Shown here: piece by piece, positions 18,020 to 27,106 of the stretch | Position numbering within the stretch: the stretch's first letter is position 1 | How the letters are laid out: each line of letters begins with the position of its first letter | Notes under the pieces: generated by a model | Database searches by the model: none | Seen by the model: only the letters and a program-made list of their open reading frames with translations | Told to the model about the DNA's origin: nothing | NCBI RefSeq assembly: GCF_000025925.1 | Contig: NC_014033.1 | Span: 1,410,001-1,442,000 of the forward strand | Origin: Xylanibacter ruminicola 23 | GTDB lineage: Bacteria > Bacteroidota > Bacteroidia > Bacteroidales > Bacteroidaceae | Length of the DNA stretch: 32,000 bases | Direction: 5' to 3' | Translations under genes and position numbers: made by a program

Positions 18020-18334
18020 TCAATAATCGCCACCTTCTTTTGTCATATCACCATCACCAGTACCATCGATTATATCCTTAATCTCATCATCGTTGGCTTT
18101 CATGTTGATTTTTTGGTCGGACGGCATTTCGGGATACTCCATAGCGGCATCCACATCAACCATACCAGCACTATTAATCGAGTCGATTGCTGCCGAATCA
18201 GTCACCAATGGATGATATTCGACTTCCTCCTCAACATACTTCTGCGACTGAGATCGACCACGACAAGCCGACAGCAGCAATATACCAACCGCAACATACA
18301 ATAGTTTTTTACTCATACTTGCATCTATAATCAT
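18020..18334 (-). CDS. Small acidic lipoprotein (hypothetical)
   Basis: It has a lipoprotein signal peptide, MSKKLLYVAVGILLLSAC, when started at the ATG at 18316. The upstream ATG at 18334 overlaps the relA stop as TAATG. The mature part is D/E-rich. The stop codon abuts the stop of the convergent FemAB-like gene. Confidence 0.6.
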   Translation of the reverse strand: MIIDASMSKKLLYVAVGILLLSACRGRSQSQKYVEEEVEYHPLVTDSAAIDSINSAGMVDVDAAMEYPEMPSDQKINMKANDDEIKDIIDGTGDGDMTKEGGDY

Positions 18335-20406
18335 TATATTCTATCTACCTGTTTAACGCCCTTAACGGTACGCAGTTTCTTAATCAGCGCCTCCAGGCGT
18401 GAAGTATCTTCAAGCATCACCACGATATTACCGCTAAACAAACCGTCGTGACTATCAATATTGATACTACGCAGCACCAGTTTCTCTTCCTTCGAGATAA
18501 TGCTGGTAAGATTATTCACGATACCGATATCGTCGTTACCAATCACACGCAGGGCGATGCTATATTGCGACGAACCCTTACCACTCCACTTGGCCTTAAC
18601 AATACGATACCCGAATCGGCGGCGCAACTCGGGGGCATTCGGACAATCGCAACGGTGAATCTTGATACCGCCATTAACGGTAACAAAGCCAAACACATCG
18701 TCGCCATAGATAGGCGAACAGCATTTTGCCAGCTGGTAATCCAAACCTTTCAGGTTGCGGTCTATCACCAGCACGTCATCGTTCACCTGCTGGTTCAAAC
18801 CCGCAATCTTCGACTCATCAAGTTCGAATTCCGAAGCCGAACGCGCTTGATTATCTCCTGTAACAACAGCTTCTTTCCCTCTGAGTTCCAAGAACTTATC
18901 AAGCACATCGTTTGTATCCAGCACACCATCGGCAATGGCCTTATAAAAGTCGCTTACCTCCTTGTAACCCATCTTACGGATTACGTTAAACATGATGCTG
19001 TCGTCCTGTTCAATCTTACGGTTGCGGAACTTACGCTCCAGCATCTCCTTGGCAAACAGTCCGTCCTTAACCTGGGTTTCCTTCAGCGCCAAACGTATCT
19101 TGGATTTGGCACGCGAGGTCTTCACAATATTCAGCCACTCCTGTCGGGGTTTCTGGTTAGTCGATGTCAGGATTTCAACCTGGTCGCCACTCTTCAGTTC
19201 GTAGCGTATCGGCACCACTTTTCCACTAATGCGGCCACCCGTACACTGGTTGCCCAGTTTCGAGTGGATATGGTAAGCAAAGTCAAGTACCGTAGCACCT
19301 GCGGGAAACTTCCACAAATCGCCAGCAGGTGTAAACACAAACACCTCGTCTTCGTACAGTTCCATCTTAAACTGGTCCATAGCATCCAGTCCGTCGGCAT
19401 GCTCCAGCATCGTACGGATATTCGTCAGCCACTCGTCCAGCCCCGTCTCGCCCTTCACGCCTTTATAGCGCCAGTGGGCAGCTACACCGCGCTCGGCAAT
19501 CTCGTCCATACGTTCGGTACGTATCTGTACCTCAACCCACTTCTGCTCTGGGCCCAGCACCGTGATGTGCAGACTCTCGTAGCCATTCGATTTGGGTACC
19601 GACAGCCAGTCGCGCAGTCGTTTAGGGTTAGGCTGATACATATCGGTAATAATCGAGTAAGCCTGCCAGCATTGCATTTTCTCCTGCTCCAGCGGACAAT
19701 CGATAATGATACGGATGGCAAACAAATCATACACACCCTCAAACGGGCACTTCTGCTTCTGCATCTTCTGCCAGATAGAGTGGATTGATTTGGTACGCCC
19801 CTTGATATGGCAACGGATACCCGCCTCCATCATCTTCTGTTCAACAGGCTTAATAAACCTATCTATATAAGCGTCGCGTGCCGCCTTGGTAGCACTCAGT
19901 TTTTCGCGAATATGGTAATAGGCATCATGCTCCATATACTTCAGCGACAGGTCCTCCAGTTCGCTCTTCAGCTTATAGAGTCCTAACTTATGCGCCAACG
20001 GGGCATACAGATAAGCAGCCTCTTGCGATACCTCCAGCTTGGCCTCTACGTTCTCTGTATCGCGAATCTGTCGCATCAGGTTCACGCGATTGGCAATCAT
20101 TATCAGTATCACACGCATATCCTCGGCAAACGAGAGCAGCAGATTTCTGAAGTTCTCACTCTCAACCGCAGGGTTTTTATCATACAACTGCTGTATACGG
20201 TTCAAACCATGCAATATGCGCGCCACCGATGCGCCGTATTTCTGCTCTACCTCATCCAGCGCAATGTTGCCCTCCTCTATATCAGGTATCAGCTGTACAG
20301 CCTCTATCGCATCGCCTTTCAAACCGATTTCCTCAGTCAGGATCTCGGCCGTCTGCGATGCCATTCGTTTTCTTTCCTCGTATGTAAATGCGAATTTTTC
20401 CGCCAT
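18334..20406 (-). CDS. relA: RelA-type long RSH (p)ppGpp synthetase with degenerate hydrolase domain, TGS and ACT domains
   Basis: The synthetase motifs are intact: RTKSIHSIWQKMQKQK, YDLFAIRIII, YESLHITVLGPEQKWVEVQIRTERMDEIAERGVAAHWRYK. A TGS-like region (VFVFTPAGDLWKFPAGATVLDFAYHIHS) and a C-terminal ACT-like region are present. I start it at the ATG at 20406 because the track's TTG at 20427 lies inside the -7 box. Confidence 0.9.
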   Translation of the reverse strand: MAEKFAFTYEERKRMASQTAEILTEEIGLKGDAIEAVQLIPDIEEGNIALDEVEQKYGASVARILHGLNRIQQLYDKNPAVESENFRNLLLSFAEDMRVILIMIANRVNLMRQIRDTENVEAKLEVSQEAAYLYAPLAHKLGLYKLKSELEDLSLKYMEHDAYYHIREKLSATKAARDAYIDRFIKPVEQKMMEAGIRCHIKGRTKSIHSIWQKMQKQKCPFEGVYDLFAIRIIIDCPLEQEKMQCWQAYSIITDMYQPNPKRLRDWLSVPKSNGYESLHITVLGPEQKWVEVQIRTERMDEIAERGVAAHWRYKGVKGETGLDEWLTNIRTMLEHADGLDAMDQFKMELYEDEVFVFTPAGDLWKFPAGATVLDFAYHIHSKLGNQCTGGRISGKVVPIRYELKSGDQVEILTSTNQKPRQEWLNIVKTSRAKSKIRLALKETQVKDGLFAKEMLERKFRNRKIEQDDSIMFNVIRKMGYKEVSDFYKAIADGVLDTNDVLDKFLELRGKEAVVTGDNQARSASEFELDESKIAGLNQQVNDDVLVIDRNLKGLDYQLAKCCSPIYGDDVFGFVTVNGGIKIHRCDCPNAPELRRRFGYRIVKAKWSGKGSSQYSIALRVIGNDDIGIVNNLTSIISKEEKLVLRSINIDSHDGLFSGNIVVMLEDTSRLEALIKKLRTVKGVKQVDRI

Positions 20407-20424
20407 AATTTCTAAATTTTGCCA

Positions 20425-20432
20425 CAAAGATA
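20425..20432 (-). promoter_or_regulatory. -7 promoter box TATCTTTG for relA
   Basis: CAAAGATA on the + strand, 19 nt upstream of the ATG at 20406. Confidence 0.55.
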
Positions 20433-20474
20433 CATTTTTCTTTCAATTAATTAGCATTTTTCGAAAAAAATGGT

Positions 20475-20482
20475 TACTTTTG
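20475..20482 (+). promoter_or_regulatory. -7 promoter box TACTTTTG for the DUF4301-like gene
   Basis: Exact TAnnTTTG match, 33 nt upstream of the ATG at 20515 and divergent from the relA promoter. Confidence 0.55.
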
Positions 20483-20514
20483 CCGTAGTTTATTGACTAA
20501 ATACCATTTTTATT

Positions 20515-22014
20515 ATGTTAGAGGAGAAAGACTTGAAGCAGATTGCTCAAAAAGGTATCACCAAGGAGCAGATCGAAAATCAATTGAACGAGTTTAAGAC
20601 AGGTTTCCCATTCCTGAAGCTGGAGGCAGCAGCAGGTATCGGTAACGGTATTATTGCTCCCGACGCAGCCGAGCGCCAGAAGCTGGTTGCCGCATGGAAC
20701 GAGTACAAGGCAGCAGGCAAGCGCGTGGTAAAGTTTGTGCCCGCCAGTGGTGCCGCCAGTCGTATGTTCAAAAACATGTTTGCTTTTGTTGACGCCGACT
20801 ACGATGTGCCCACTACCGACTTTGAGAAGAAATACTTCGACCAGATAGAAAACTTTGCCTTCTACGAGGCACTCGACGCTGTTTGCCTGAAGAACGAGGG
20901 CAAAGGCATCAAGGCCCTGATGGCCGAGGGCAACTATAAGGCTGTAGCAGCCAACATGCTGAAAGCCGAGGGACTGAACTACGGTCAGCTGCCAAAGGGC
21001 CTGCTGCTGTTCCATAAGTACCCCGAGGGTGCACGCACACCAATGGAGGAGCATTTGGTAGAGGGTGCCCTTTATGCTGCATCTAATGGCGAGGCTCACG
21101 TACACTTCACCGTCAGTCACGAGCACATGGAGCTGTTCAAGGCAAAGGTAGCCGAGAAGGCCGACTTCTTTGCACAGAAATACGGCATCAAGTACGATAT
21201 CAGCTTCTCTGAGCAGAAGCCATCTACCGATACCGTAGCCGCTAACCCCGATAACACCCCATTCCGCAACGAGGATGGCAGTCTGCTGTTCCGTCCAGGC
21301 GGTCACGGTGCCCTCATCGAGAATCTCAACGAGATCGAGGCCGACGTTATCTTCATTAAGAATATCGACAACGTAGTACCCGACCGTTTGAAGCCCGAGA
21401 CTGTAGAGTGGAAGCAGGTACTGGCAGGCGTATTGGTAACCCTTCAGAAGCAGGCCTTCGAGTACCTCAAGGTTCTGGATGCAGGTGCCAGCGAGGCCCA
21501 GCTGCAGGAGATTGCCCAGTTTGTAGCCAACAACCTGTGTACCGATGCCAAGAATAATAAGGTAGATGCCGCTTATCTGCGTGGCAAGCTCAATCGCCCC
21601 ATGCGTGTGTGCGGTGTAGTTAAGAATGTAGGCGAGCCTGGTGGCGGCCCATTCCTTACCTACAACCAGGATGGCACCGTTAGCCTGCAGATTTTGGAGA
21701 GCAGTCAGATTGATACCAACAACGAGGCCTACATGAAGATGTTTACCCAGGGCACCCACTTCAACCCAGTTGATCTGGTTTGCGCCGTTAAGGACTATCA
21801 GGGCCGTCCATTCAACCTGCCCGAGTTTGTTGATAAAACCACAGGTTTCATCTCATCTAAGTCAAAGGCTGGTAAAGAGCTCAAGGCTCTCGAGTTGCCA
21901 GGTTTGTGGAATGGTGCCATGAGCAACTGGAGCACCGTATTTGTCGAGGTTCCCCTGGGCACCTTCAATCCTGTTAAGACCGTTAACGACCTGCTGCGCG
22001 AACAGCATCAGTAA
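20515..22014 (+). CDS. Conserved Bacteroidota protein of unknown function (DUF4301-like) with UDPGP/nucleotidyltransferase-like motifs
   Basis: 499 aa of ordinary globular composition. It carries KFVPASGAASRMFK, FRPGGHGAL and FIKNIDNVVP, which resemble the three signature motifs of UTP-sugar-1-phosphate uridylyltransferases. The DUF4301 assignment is from memory of the N-terminal sequence. Confidence 0.65.
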   Translation: MLEEKDLKQIAQKGITKEQIENQLNEFKTGFPFLKLEAAAGIGNGIIAPDAAERQKLVAAWNEYKAAGKRVVKFVPASGAASRMFKNMFAFVDADYDVPTTDFEKKYFDQIENFAFYEALDAVCLKNEGKGIKALMAEGNYKAVAANMLKAEGLNYGQLPKGLLLFHKYPEGARTPMEEHLVEGALYAASNGEAHVHFTVSHEHMELFKAKVAEKADFFAQKYGIKYDISFSEQKPSTDTVAANPDNTPFRNEDGSLLFRPGGHGALIENLNEIEADVIFIKNIDNVVPDRLKPETVEWKQVLAGVLVTLQKQAFEYLKVLDAGASEAQLQEIAQFVANNLCTDAKNNKVDAAYLRGKLNRPMRVCGVVKNVGEPGGGPFLTYNQDGTVSLQILESSQIDTNNEAYMKMFTQGTHFNPVDLVCAVKDYQGRPFNLPEFVDKTTGFISSKSKAGKELKALELPGLWNGAMSNWSTVFVEVPLGTFNPVKTVNDLLREQHQ

Positions 22015-22040
22015 ACAATATCGTAAAATAAAAATAACAA

Positions 22041-22080
22041 ATCCCCGTTCTCATTCAAGTGAACGGGGATTATTGTTTTA
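22041..22080 (+). terminator. Intrinsic terminator of the DUF4301-like gene
   Basis: A 10-bp perfect stem, ATCCCCGTTC (22041-22050) with GAACGGGGAT (22061-22070), followed by TATTGTTTTA. Confidence 0.75.
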
Positions 22081-22236
22081 TACTTCAAGAAGAACATAGT
22101 CATACTTGCTCAAAAAACTGTACATTCTTACGAAATATACCAGCAGAACAAAAAGCATCGTTTTTTTACGCCCTAGTTATGCAAAAAAAATTTCCTAGTT
22201 AACCAGCAAGTTTTTCATGGGTTGAGAGTAAAAAAA

Positions 22237-22267
22237 ATCATCCCCACTAAAAATAAGCGGGGATGAT
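22237..22267 (-). terminator. Intrinsic terminator of the TetR gene (bidirectional in form)
   Basis: A 9-bp stem, ATCATCCCC (22237-22245) with GGGGATGAT (22259-22267), flanked by an A7 run on the left and a T6 run on the right. Confidence 0.75.
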
Positions 22268-22279
22268 TTTTTGTTTACT

Positions 22280-22903
22280 TTATTGGAACAGCATCTCGTC
22301 GATGGCCTTGATGCCCTTGTCGGTACAGAGCCCTCGGAGGGATACGAAGACCAGATTGCGGAAGATGTCCTCGATGGAATATTGGCGATACAGCTCTTTC
22401 TGCATGATATACTCGCCCATGGCATCGAACTGCAACACAGCCATCTGATAGTTGAGGTCGGCGCGGAAGTAACCCTCTTCTACCCCACGCTGAATAAAAC
22501 CATAACTGCTATCACGCATAAGATTGTTCTGCTCGTCGAGGAACTTCTTGACCTGAGGATAGCGAATCATCTCGGTAAAGAACAGGGGATTGGTTTCCTT
22601 AAAGTTGCTCACCTTCATGTGATATACCTCGAGCAGTATCTCCATCACATTTGAGCAATGGCTCACAGCCTGCTCCATGCGATCCATACGCTGCTTGAAG
22701 TGCTTTACAACCACCTCGAAGAGCAAATCCTCTTTTTTGTCGTATAATTCGTAGATAGTACGTTTTGAAATACCCATGGTTTGCGCCACATCATCCATCC
22801 TCACGGAATTGATGCCTCGCTCGGTAAAAAGTTGCAAAGCAACATCGGGAATTCGCTCCTTTAAATTTAATTTGTAGTCCGAAATGTCTTTTATTTCTTG
22901 CAT
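22280..22903 (-). CDS. TetR/AcrR-family transcriptional regulator
   Basis: It has an N-terminal HTH (ALQLFTERGINSVRMDDVAQTMGISKRTIYELYDKKEDLLFEVV) and a helical C-terminal domain. I start it at the ATG at 22903 (MQEIKD...) because the upstream GTG at 22924 sits inside the -7 box. Confidence 0.88.
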   Translation of the reverse strand: MQEIKDISDYKLNLKERIPDVALQLFTERGINSVRMDDVAQTMGISKRTIYELYDKKEDLLFEVVVKHFKQRMDRMEQAVSHCSNVMEILLEVYHMKVSNFKETNPLFFTEMIRYPQVKKFLDEQNNLMRDSSYGFIQRGVEEGYFRADLNYQMAVLQFDAMGEYIMQKELYRQYSIEDIFRNLVFVSLRGLCTDKGIKAIDEMLFQ

Positions 22904-22921
22904 AATCTTACAATTTGGTGG

Positions 22922-22929
22922 CAAAGTTA
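22922..22929 (-). promoter_or_regulatory. -7 promoter box TAACTTTG for the TetR gene
   Basis: CAAAGTTA on the + strand, 19 nt upstream of the ATG at 22903. Confidence 0.5.
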
Positions 22930-22971
22930 CAAAAAAATCTAAAAACTAAAATGTTTTTCAATAGTTTTTTG

Positions 22972-22979
22972 TATTTTTG
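22972..22979 (+). promoter_or_regulatory. -7 promoter box TATTTTTG for maeB
   Basis: Exact TAnnTTTG match, 43 nt upstream of the ATG at 23022. Confidence 0.5.
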
Positions 22980-23021
22980 CGGTCGTATTTCAGAATAATA
23001 ACATTATTAATAATACACTTT

Positions 23022-25326
23022 ATGGTAAAGATATCTAAAGAAGCCGCACTCATATACCACGAGAGCGGACGACCGGGCAAAATCGAAGTAAAGCCTACAA
23101 AGGCTTATCGTACACAAACAGACTTAAGCTTAGCCTACTCTCCAGGAGTAGCATATCCTTGTCTGGAAATTCAGGAGAACCCCGACGATGCTTACAAGTA
23201 CACCGATAAGGGTAATCTGGTAGCAGTTATCTCGAACGGTACAGCTGTACTGGGACTGGGCGACATTGGTGCCCTGAGCGGTAAGCCTGTAATGGAAGGT
23301 AAGGGACTGCTGTTTAAGATTTATGGTGGTATCGACGTTTTCGATATCGAGGTAGCCGAGAAGGATCCTGAGAAGTTCTGCGAGGCTGTAGAGCGTATCG
23401 CCCCCCACCTTTGGCGGTATCAATCTGGAAGATATCAAAGCCCCTGAGTGTTTCTATATCGAAGACCGACTGAAGAAGACTCTGGATATCCCCGTGATGC
23501 ACGACGACCAGCACGGTACTGCCATTATCAGCGCTGCCGGACTGAAGAACGCCATGGAGGTAATCGGCAAGGATATTACCAAGGTTAAGATTGTGGTTAA
23601 CGGTGCCGGCGCTGCTGCCATCAGCTGTACCAAGCTGTATATGGCTATCGGTGCCAAGAAGGAGAACATCGTGATGCTGGACTCGAAGGGCGTGATCTCG
23701 AAGGAGCGTACCGACCTGAACGAGCAGAAGAAATTCTTTGCTACCGACCGTACCGATATTCACACCCTGGCCGAGGCTGTTAAGGATGCCGACGTTTTTG
23801 TAGGACTGTCGAAGGGTAATGTACTCTCGAAGGATATGGTTAAGTCGATGGCTAAGGACCCCGTGATTTTTGCGCTGGCTAACCCTGTGCCCGAGATCAG
23901 CTACGAGGATGCCATGGAGGCACGTCCCGACGTACTGATGTCGACCGGACGTACCGACTATCCTAACCAGATTAACAACGTAATCGGATTCCCCTACATT
24001 TTCCGTGGTGCACTTGACGTTCATGCCAAGGCTATCAACGAGGAGATGAAGCTGGCTGCCGTACACGCTATTGCCGACCTGGCCAAGCAGCCTGTACCTG
24101 ATGTGGTGAACGATGTATATAAGGTGAACAACCTGACTTTCGGACGCAACTACTTTATCCCAAAGCCTGTTGACCCACGACTGATTACCGAGGTATCGTC
24201 GGCTGTTGCCAAGGCTGCCATCGAGAGTGGCGTGGCCCGCAAGGAGATTAAGGACTGGGACGAGTACAAGCGCTCGCTCTCGGTACTGCTGGGTCAGGAG
24301 ACCAAGCTTACCCAGAAGCTTTACGCTACTGCAGCTGCTCACCCACAGCGCGTGGTATTTGCCGAGGCTGTACACCCCACTATGCTGAAGGCGGCTGTAC
24401 AGGCTAAGGCTGAGGGTATCTGCTACCCCATCCTGCTGGGTAACGACGAGGTGATTACCAAACTGGCTGCATCGCTGGACCTGAACCTGGATGGTATTGA
24501 AATTGTGAACCTGCGCCACCCCAACGAGCAGGAGCGCCGCGAGCGCTATGCCCGCATACTGGCCGAGAAGCGCCAGCGCGAGGGTTACACCTTCCAGGAG
24601 GCTAACGACAAGATGTTTGAGCGTAACTACTTTGGTATGATGATGGTTGAGACTGGCGAGGCTGATGCCTTTATCACCGGACTGTACACCAAGTACTCGA
24701 ATACTGTTAAGGTGGTAAAAGAGGTGATTGGTATCCGACCCGAGTACAAGCACTTCGGTACCATGCACATCATCAACTCGCCAAAGGGTACTTATTATAT
24801 TGCCGACACGATGGTGAACGAGAACCCCGACCGCGAGGCATTGCTGGATATCTCGAAGCTGATTTCGACTGCCGTACGCTTCTTTAACGAGAAGCCTGTG
24901 ATCGCCATGGTATCGCACTCTAACTTTGGTAGCAGCACCAGCGATGGCGCCCTGAAGGTGAAGGACACCGTAGCTAAGATGCACGAGCTGTATCCCGATC
25001 TGCCTATCGACGGTGAGATGCTGCTGAGCTTTGCACTCGACAACGAGCTGCGCGACCAGGAGTATCCATTCACCAAGCTGAAGGGACAGAAGGTTAACAC
25101 GCTGGTATTCCCCAACCTGACATCGGCACGCTCATCGTACAAGATGCTGCAGATGCTTGGCAGCGACGCCGAAATCATCGGCCCAATCCAGATGGGACTG
25201 AACAAACCTATCCACTTTATCGACTTTGGTGCCAGTGTACGAGATGTCGTAAATATCGTGGCTGTAGCGACAATTGATGCGTATGTTGACAAAATTAAGA
25301 GCAAATTGTCAGCAATAGGCAAATAA
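23022..25326 (+). pseudogene. maeB: NADP-dependent malic enzyme (malic enzyme plus PTA-like C-terminal domain), interrupted by a +1 frameshift in a C6 run
   Basis: Track ORFs 22977-23447 and 23494-25326 are the two halves of one MaeB. Removing one C from CCCCCC (23401-23406) restores ...[46 protein letters not shown]..., the canonical malic-enzyme sequence. Confidence 0.85.
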
Positions 25327-25353
25327 TCGCTTACACATTATTATATTATATAG

Positions 25354-25395
25354 GCCTCTTTTTTGTGCTCGAACACAAATAAGAGGCTATTTTTT
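25354..25395 (+). terminator. Intrinsic terminator of maeB
   Basis: A 14-bp stem with one mismatch, GCCTCTTTTTTGTG (25354-25367) with CACAAATAAGAGGC (25374-25387), then TATTTTTT. Confidence 0.8.
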
Positions 25396-25466
25396 GCCAT
25401 TTTGAATTGACTTAAATCAATAATCTTTCAAAATGAAAGTATTTTTGAGAAAAAAGTGATAAAAAG

Positions 25467-25497
25467 TTTGTTATTTCAGAAAAAAGCTGTAATTTTG
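25467..25497 (+). promoter_or_regulatory. gdhA promoter: -33 TTTG (25467-25470) and -7 TAATTTTG (25490-25497)
   Basis: Both Bacteroides promoter elements are present with 19-bp spacing. A 60-nt A/C-rich leader runs to the ATG at 25558. Confidence 0.6.
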
Positions 25498-25557
25498 CAA
25501 CCAGAATTAAAAAATTAAATCACAAACAAACAACAACTAAAAAAAGGTATTAAGATT

Positions 25558-26895
25558 ATGAATGCAGCAAAAGTTGTAGAAGATCTGAAGCAGAGATTTC
25601 CCAATGAGCCTGAGTACATTCAGGCAGTAAGTCAGGTACTCCCCACTATCGAGGAAGAGTACAACAAGCACCCCGAGTTCGAGAAGGCTAACCTCATCGA
25701 GCGTCTGTGTATCCCCGATCGCGTATGTGAGTTCCGTATCACATGGGTTGACGACCAGGGTAAGGTTCAGACAAACATGGGTTACCGTATCCAGCATAAC
25801 AACGCTATTGGCCCTTACAAAGGCGGTCTGCGTTATCACAAGAGTGTAAACCTGGGTATTCTGAAGTTCCTTGCTTTCGAGCAGACTTTCAAGAACTCAC
25901 TCACAACCCTGCCTATGGGTGGTGCTAAGGGAGGTTCAGACTTCTCGCCACGTGGCAAGAGCGACGCTGAGGTTATGCGTTTCTGCCAGGCATTCATGAA
26001 CGAGCTTTACCGCGTTATCGGTCCTGACGAGGACGTACCTGCTGGTGATATCGGCGTAGGTGGTCGTGAGGTTGGTTACCTGTTCGGACAGTACAAGAAG
26101 CTCACACACCAGTTCCAGGGTGTATTGACCGGTAAGGGTCTCTCATTCGGTGGTTCACTCATCCGTCCTGAGGCTACTGGTTACGGTACAGTTTACTTCC
26201 TGACCTCAATGCTGGCTACTCGCGGTATCGAGCTGAAGGGTAAGAAGGTGCTGATTTCTGGTTCGGGTAACGTTGCTCAGTATGCTGCTGAGAAGTGCCT
26301 GCAGCTTGGCGCTATCCCCATGACCCTCTCTGACTCAGACGGTTACATCTACGATCCAGACGGAATCGACTTCGACAAGCTGGCTTATGTTAAGGAGCTG
26401 AAGAACGTTGAGCGCGGACGTATTAAGGAATATGCTGAGGAGTATCCTAACGCTGTATATCACGCTGGTGAGCGTCCTTGGCACGAGAAGGCTGATATCG
26501 CTCTGCCTTGCGCTACACAGAACGAGATCAACGGCGAGCAGGCTCAGGCTCTCGTAGACAATGGTGTTATCGCTGTTGCTGAGGGTGCTAACATGCCTTC
26601 ACTCCCCGAGGCTATCAAGATCTTCCAGGATAACAAGCTGTTGTATGCTCCTGGTAAGGCTTCGAACGCTGGTGGTGTATCAGTATCAGGTCTTGAGATG
26701 AGTCAGAACTCTGAGCGTCTGAGCTGGACTGCTAAGGAGGTTGACGACTATCTGAAGCGCATCATGAACGACATTCACGAGAACTGCGTGAAGTACGGTA
26801 CACAGGCTGATGGTTACATCAACTATGTAAAGGGTGCTAACGTAGCCGGCTTCATGAAGGTTGCAAGCGCCATGATGGCTCAGGGCATTGTATAA
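25558..26895 (+). CDS. gdhA: NADP-specific glutamate dehydrogenase
   Basis: 445 aa with LPMGGAKGGSDFSPRGKS (catalytic Lys region), the GSGNVAQYAAEK dinucleotide fold, and overall GdhA colinearity. Confidence 0.96.
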   Translation: MNAAKVVEDLKQRFPNEPEYIQAVSQVLPTIEEEYNKHPEFEKANLIERLCIPDRVCEFRITWVDDQGKVQTNMGYRIQHNNAIGPYKGGLRYHKSVNLGILKFLAFEQTFKNSLTTLPMGGAKGGSDFSPRGKSDAEVMRFCQAFMNELYRVIGPDEDVPAGDIGVGGREVGYLFGQYKKLTHQFQGVLTGKGLSFGGSLIRPEATGYGTVYFLTSMLATRGIELKGKKVLISGSGNVAQYAAEKCLQLGAIPMTLSDSDGYIYDPDGIDFDKLAYVKELKNVERGRIKEYAEEYPNAVYHAGERPWHEKADIALPCATQNEINGEQAQALVDNGVIAVAEGANMPSLPEAIKIFQDNKLLYAPGKASNAGGVSVSGLEMSQNSERLSWTAKEVDDYLKRIMNDIHENCVKYGTQADGYINYVKGANVAGFMKVASAMMAQGIV

Positions 26896-27004
26896 ATGCA
26901 CCGTAATAACCTTGGAATTTGTTTAAATTTCAATATAAATCGCCATTAACTTGTAAATAGTTAGTAAAAGTAAAGTATAAAAGGTTAAAACTGGAATGGG
27001 AGGG

Positions 27005-27035
27005 GCCAGCTCGTGAGAGTTGGCTCTTCTTTTTG
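27005..27035 (+). terminator. Intrinsic terminator of gdhA
   Basis: An 8-bp stem, GCCAGCTC (27005-27012) with GAGTTGGC (27017-27024, one G:T pair), a GTGA loop, then TCTTCTTTTTG. Confidence 0.7.
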
Positions 27036-27098
27036 TTAATAATTCATAAATCTTTAAATTATCAACCGTCTAAAACGAGCTATCTCGCTAAAAATCAG

Positions 27099-27106
27099 TA
27101 CCTTTG
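27099..27106 (+). promoter_or_regulatory. -7 promoter box TACCTTTG for rpsA
   Basis: Exact TAnnTTTG match, 145 nt upstream of the rpsA ATG. This is the longest leader in the window. Confidence 0.5.

Noticed and set aside
18448-19788. 446-aa plus-strand ORF inside relA
   Set aside because: It is antisense to an unambiguous RelA/SpoT homologue. Its L/V/I/H/T-rich composition is typical of a shadow ORF.
20518-21759. 413-aa minus-strand ORF opposite the DUF4301-like gene
   Set aside because: The product is a Leu/Gly/Val-rich shadow ORF. The plus-strand gene has the promoter, the terminator, normal composition and the conserved motifs.
23314-24984. 556-aa minus-strand ORF opposite maeB
   Set aside because: It is antisense to a clear malic enzyme/PTA-domain protein and has no independent signals.
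25425-25439. Inverted repeat CTTTCA-AAA-TGAAAG upstream of the gdhA promoter as an operator
   Set aside because: It is a short palindrome in a very AT-rich spacer, so chance occurrence is likely. I know of no regulator motif that it matches.
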